A stretch of DNA of 64,000 bases, taken from NCBI GenBank assembly GCA_965367695.1, contig CBDUKB010000001.1, positions 3,485 to 67,484 of the forward strand, in the 5' to 3' direction. Every line of letters begins with the position of its first letter. Position 1 is the stretch's first letter. Positions 59,864 to 64,000 of this stretch are shown piece after piece. The stretch is from an uncultured Putridiphycobacter sp. GTDB taxonomy: Bacteria > Bacteroidota > Bacteroidia > Flavobacteriales_D > Crocinitomicaceae. The translations under genes were made by a program, and so were the position numbers. The notes beneath the pieces are model-generated. The model had not been told where the DNA came from and did no database searches. It saw only the letters and a program-made list of their open reading frames with translations.

Positions 59864-60634
59864 TTACTTTACTTTCTCCTTAAACATTTCAGAATCCAAT
59901 TCAGGATACTTCAAATCCATATCTTGAAAAGCCTTTAATACAATTTTGGCAATGTGATTTTCTTTTTCCCAGTTTCTATCCGAAGGAATAATGTGCCATT
60001 CTGGTTGGTCACACTTTTCAAAAATACGTTCGTACACTTTTCTGTATTCATCCCATTTTTTGCGCGTTTCCCAATCTCCATCATTGTGTTTCCAATATTT
60101 CTCAGGAATTTCAAGTCTTTCAGTCAATCTTTCTAACTGTTCTTCTTTCGAAGTATGTAAATAAAATTTTAAAATAGTGGTGTTGTTTCCTTCGATTAAT
60201 AACTTTTCAAAATCGTTGATGTGTTGGTAGCGTTTCTCAATATATTCTTCGGAAAAGTAACCTTCTACAGAAGGCACTAAAATATCTTCGTAATGAGAGC
60301 GATTAAAGACCTGTATCATTCCTTGTTGGGGAACATTTTGATGCACTCTCCATAAAAAATCATGCGCAAATTCCTTATCAGTCGGTTTTTTATAGGCATG
60401 TACTTTGATACCCAAAGGATTTACACCACTAAAAACTTTTCGGGTGGCGCCATCTTTTCCTGCAGCATCCATTCCTTGAAAAACAACTAATAAATTATGT
60501 CGCCCATCTGCATACATGCGTCTTTGGTAGTCAATTATTTGAGATACTAATTCAAGGTTCTCAGTTTTGATTTTATCTTTTAATTCTCTATCGTATGATT
60601 TAGTAGGGACAGTGGCTAATTTTATTTTTGACAT
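59864..60634 (-). CDS. ppk2: Polyphosphate kinase 2 family (single domain)
   Basis: FQGMDAAGKDG, HDFLWR, FNRSHYEDIL. Confidence 0.9.
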   Translation of the reverse strand: MSKIKLATVPTKSYDRELKDKIKTENLELVSQIIDYQRRMYADGRHNLLVVFQGMDAAGKDGATRKVFSGVNPLGIKVHAYKKPTDKEFAHDFLWRVHQNVPQQGMIQVFNRSHYEDILVPSVEGYFSEEYIEKRYQHINDFEKLLIEGNNTTILKFYLHTSKEEQLERLTERLEIPEKYWKHNDGDWETRKKWDEYRKVYERIFEKCDQPEWHIIPSDRNWEKENHIAKIVLKAFQDMDLKYPELDSEMFKEKVK

Positions 60635-60684
60635 AAGTTTTAAACTTGAGCATTAAAATTAATTAAAAAAAGTTGTAACAGGTC

Positions 60685-61587
60685 TTACAAGAACTTTTTT
60701 AATTCATCTAACCTTTCCATAAAATAAAAATTTCCTGGAATATTTTTAGCTTTTTTTATCAAACTAGCTTTTCTACCAGCTAATATTAATCGATCAGATG
60801 GTTGTAATATGCGTGTGAATTTTTTGATAAATGAAGCAACTTGCTCTTCAGTTGGAGAAATGGTACCATGAACGATATAGGTTGTTTTTTCTCTAGGTAT
60901 TTCTTTTAGAACTTTTAAAGAATCCAAACTGATATTTGGCCCCAAATAAATTACGTTTTTTTGATTTTCAATCAATTGATAATTGATGAATAGCGCACCA
61001 ATATCATGAATTTCATTTAAAGGCAATAGAATAACAAATAGCTCATCATTATTTTTTTCTAATGGAAACGTTTCATGGTCAATGGTAGCATATAATTTTT
61101 GACGGACTAAATTAGAGATAAAATATTCATGCGCGGGTTGTATCACATTTGACTGCCACATGAGTCCAATTCTATCGAACAATGGAATGAACAGGGATAA
61201 AAATATTTTGCTATAAGTATAATTCCTAATGCATTCATTATACACTTCATTAAACTTAAACTTGTCGAGTTCAAGCATGGCAATGATAATTTCGTTAATT
61301 TTTACTTGAAAAAATTGTGCTTGATCAAATCGAAAAGAAGCGAGGGCAGTATTAATTTCGGCATCAGAAAGTTGAGCAATTTTAGATATTTTATAGTTTG
61401 AATTTTTTAGTACAGAAATATTCAATAATTTTCTTAATTCATTTAAAGGATAAATTCGAATATTGGTTTCAGAACGCACGGGCTTTAATAAGTGGTATCG
61501 TTGTTCCCAAATTCTGATAGTATGGGCTTTAATGCCCGAAAGATTTTCTAAGTCTTTTATTGAAAAATAATCTTGAATAAACGCCAT
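60685..61587 (-). CDS. MerR-family regulator with a B12-binding-like domain (LitR/CarH-like); start 61587 or 61602
   Basis: FSIKDLENLSGIKAHTIRIWEQRY HTH; W-x9-EY and EIHDIG motifs; IYLGPN. Confidence 0.85.
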   Translation of the reverse strand: MAFIQDYFSIKDLENLSGIKAHTIRIWEQRYHLLKPVRSETNIRIYPLNELRKLLNISVLKNSNYKISKIAQLSDAEINTALASFRFDQAQFFQVKINEIIIAMLELDKFKFNEVYNECIRNYTYSKIFLSLFIPLFDRIGLMWQSNVIQPAHEYFISNLVRQKLYATIDHETFPLEKNNDELFVILLPLNEIHDIGALFINYQLIENQKNVIYLGPNISLDSLKVLKEIPREKTTYIVHGTISPTEEQVASFIKKFTRILQPSDRLILAGRKASLIKKAKNIPGNFYFMERLDELKKFL

Positions 61588-61591
61588 AAAT

Positions 61592-64000
61592 TTAAAATTC
61601 AAACATTAAACCAATAGATGGTAAAATGGTACCTGAAACATTATTCAAGTATTTCCATTCGTATGCATTGGGCATGTTAGGATTAACAATAGGATTTTCA
61701 TTTTCATCTTTTACAACTGTAAAGTAAGGTGCTAGCTCAATTTTTGAATTGTATATATTCTGAATATCAACATAAAAGTTCAATGCTGTTTTTGTGAAGT
61801 ACCACTTTTTATCGATTCTTATATCTAATCCATGGTTGGCTTTCAACCTTTTTGAATTTAATTGGCTGTAGTCTAATATGCCCCTTTGGGTTACATCCCA
61901 AACTGGAATTTGTGAAGAAAGTGTCGTATTGTAAGGAGTATAAGGCGATCCTCCTGAAAATCTAAATTTCATACCTATTTGCCAATTATTTTTAAATTTT
62001 CTTCCCACTGATACAGAAGCAATGTGCCTGATATCCCAAGCTGATGAGATGTAGTTATTGTTAGCATCTGTAAATTCGGATACAACAAATGTATAAGAAA
62101 TTATACCAAAAAACTGCTTTCTTAATTTTTGTTGTGCAAATAATTCCACTCCATAAGTTCTACCTTTTGAGCTTGAATTGACAGGTTCATTTCCAATTAC
62201 CCCAAAGTCTCCACCTAAATTAGCCAATGATATACTGTCGTTTAATAGAAATGGATAATTGGCATACATTTTATAAAAGCCTTCGAAGGTAATCTTACTA
62301 AAAGCAGTAGGTCTGAATTCTAAACCTGCTACTATGTGATCGGCTCGAATGTGTTTTACCCCATTTGTTTTATTGATTAATTCATTGGCTTCATTTCTAT
62401 AACCCAATACTGTATAGGCTGGTAATTGAAAATACCTTCCTATGCTGGCATTAATTTTCCAATTGTCAGTAAGTGAATAAGAAGCAGAAAATCGAGGAGA
62501 AAATTGCTCTAGTGGATTGCTCATGTCGGATGAATAAGTGTTGGCATCCGTTCTAATTCCCAAAGATAAAGACAAGCGATTATTTAATATATTTCTACTT
62601 GTTTGTGCAAATACACCGTATTTTAAAAACTCTAATTCAGAGTTCAGGTTAATCTCTTTTACAAGCCCATTTATTACAAGACGGTTATAAGAAGTATTAT
62701 TATATTTTGCCGTTTCCAAACCAGCTCCATATTTAAATTTAAATTTTCCCTTACTAAAAGTATGTTCATACCTAAATTTGTTTTCCATTTCTTGAGAGGT
62801 ATAATCAAGTATTTTATTGGCAGGTGTTTCAATATTATTCTGATATTTTTCCGACTGATTATTTAACATGTTTCTACTGAGAATGAAATTTTGGAAACCG
62901 TTACCAGTATACCTAGTCCATTTTGCCCCAACTGTGTAATTCCATTGTGTACTTATTGGGAGATAGCCCAAAATGTATTTATTTCTTTCAATGGTTTCCA
63001 AGTCTGTTTCATTATTATTCACGCCTTCATTGAGTGAAAATTGGTCAATTGCACCCAGGCCAATAAAAGTCAATTTATTTTTTTCATTGATGCGATAGGT
63101 TTGTTTGTACTGAAAATCGTTGTATGCAGGTAAAAAAGGCAATGCAAGGGCTTTAAATAAAAATTCAAGGTAAGATCTTCGGGCTGAAAACAAGAAAGAC
63201 GATTTTTTTCCTTTTCCTAAAGGTCCTTCTAAAGTTAGACCCAAATCACTTGATCCAACAGTCAAAGTACCATTAAACTTATCATAATTCCCTTCTTTTT
63301 GGTCAAAACTGATAACTGAACTCAAAGCATTACCATTATTGGTTGGAAAAGCACTTGAATAAAATTCTACCCCCCTAATAAAATTCACATTAATCAAGCC
63401 AACGGGTCCACCGGAAGATCCTTGTGTGGCAAAGTGATTGATATTTGGTACTTCAATACCATCTAAATAAAACCTGTTTTCACTTGGTGCACCACCTCTT
63501 ACTAATATGTCATTTCTAAATGCAGCTGTTGCCCCAACACCTGGAAAAGATTGTAATACTTTTGAAATATCGCGATTTCCACCTGGATTACGCATTATTT
63601 CTTCCGCACTGATATTTATTAAACTAATAGGACTTTCCTTATTTTCAGCAAAAGGTGAGGCTCGTACTTCCACTTCATTTAAACTATCACTACTTTCTTC
63701 TAAGCTAATTTCTAGTACAATTGGTTTAACAGAAGTAACATTGATTTCTTGTATAATCCTTGATCGAAAGCCAATGTATGAAACGCTTAGGTTGTAGAAT
63801 CCTGGTGGGATATTTTTAATTTCAAATTCTCCATCTAAATTGGAAACGCCACCAATTTCAGTGTCTATTAAAATAAGTTTGGCAAATGGAATTGGTTCAT
63901 TGCTCATACTGTTAAAAACTTGTCCCTTGATAACGCCATTTTGCTGACTCCACATGGTTGATTGAAAGCAAATTAGAGAAATGACAACAATAAGTAAACG
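61592..64000 (-). CDS. TonB-dependent receptor (N-terminus lies beyond the window end)
   Basis: Frame open to 64000 (RLLIVVISLICFQST signal peptide); CarboxypepD_reg-like N-domain; plug VRGG...LDGIEVPNINHF; C-terminal Phe. Confidence 0.9.
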   Translation of the reverse strand, partial: RLLIVVISLICFQSTMWSQQNGVIKGQVFNSMSNEPIPFAKLILIDTEIGGVSNLDGEFEIKNIPPGFYNLSVSYIGFRSRIIQEINVTSVKPIVLEISLEESSDSLNEVEVRASPFAENKESPISLINISAEEIMRNPGGNRDISKVLQSFPGVGATAAFRNDILVRGGAPSENRFYLDGIEVPNINHFATQGSSGGPVGLINVNFIRGVEFYSSAFPTNNGNALSSVISFDQKEGNYDKFNGTLTVGSSDLGLTLEGPLGKGKKSSFLFSARRSYLEFLFKALALPFLPAYNDFQYKQTYRINEKNKLTFIGLGAIDQFSLNEGVNNNETDLETIERNKYILGYLPISTQWNYTVGAKWTRYTGNGFQNFILSRNMLNNQSEKYQNNIETPANKILDYTSQEMENKFRYEHTFSKGKFKFKYGAGLETAKYNNTSYNRLVINGLVKEINLNSELEFLKYGVFAQTSRNILNNRLSLSLGIRTDANTYSSDMSNPLEQFSPRFSASYSLTDNWKINASIGRYFQLPAYTVLGYRNEANELINKTNGVKHIRADHIVAGLEFRPTAFSKITFEGFYKMYANYPFLLNDSISLANLGGDFGVIGNEPVNSSSKGRTYGVELFAQQKLRKQFFGIISYTFVVSEFTDANNNYISSAWDIRHIASVSVGRKFKNNWQIGMKFRFSGGSPYTPYNTTLSSQIPVWDVTQRGILDYSQLNSKRLKANHGLDIRIDKKWYFTKTALNFYVDIQNIYNSKIELAPYFTVVKDENENPIVNPNMPNAYEWKYLNNVSGTILPSIGLMFEF

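Noticed and set aside
1196-63797. About 50 short (60-143 aa) ORFs in the track that overlap larger genes, e.g. 3403-3819, 20901-21332, 19008-19382, 56272-56613
   Set aside because: Antisense or off-frame shadows of well-supported genes, with no recognisable motifs

Overview
AT-rich chromosomal backbone of a Bacteroidota bacterium. Flavobacteriales is likely, given TAnnTTTG promoters, no Shine-Dalgarno signals and many T9SS cargo proteins. Crocinitomicaceae/Cryomorphaceae-like is only an inference. Gene content, left to right: 2OG-Fe(II) oxygenase, clpX, clpP, tig, tRNA-Leu(TAG), dxr, lspA, dksA-like, a PA-domain T9SS protein, M23 peptidase, purH, mreBCD-mrdA-rodA, an ExbD-ExbD-membrane protein-ExbB motor cluster, ansA, tatD, glycosyltransferases, three tandem secreted M43 metalloproteases and a large type-B-CTD surface protein. 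These are followed by an alternative complex III (actABCDEF) plus aa3 oxidase (subunits II and I) operon, ruvB, queG, ppk2, a MerR/B12 regulator and a TonB-dependent receptor. I saw no mobile elements, CRISPR arrays or rRNA. The main finding is a remodelled ACIII: ActE carries a C-terminal TSP3-like + OmpA peptidoglycan-binding domain, ActC carries a predicted cytoplasmic helix-hairpin-helix (COG3743-like) domain, and oxidase subunit II has a helical insertion. Together these suggest a respiratory supercomplex tethered to the cell wall. Two non-coding candidates also stand out: a ~60-nt sRNA at ~25040-25100 whose unpaired part is antisense to 'AUG AAA AAA' start regions, and a perfect Fur-type palindrome upstream of the act operon. 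All calls come from reading motifs by eye; no database searches were run.
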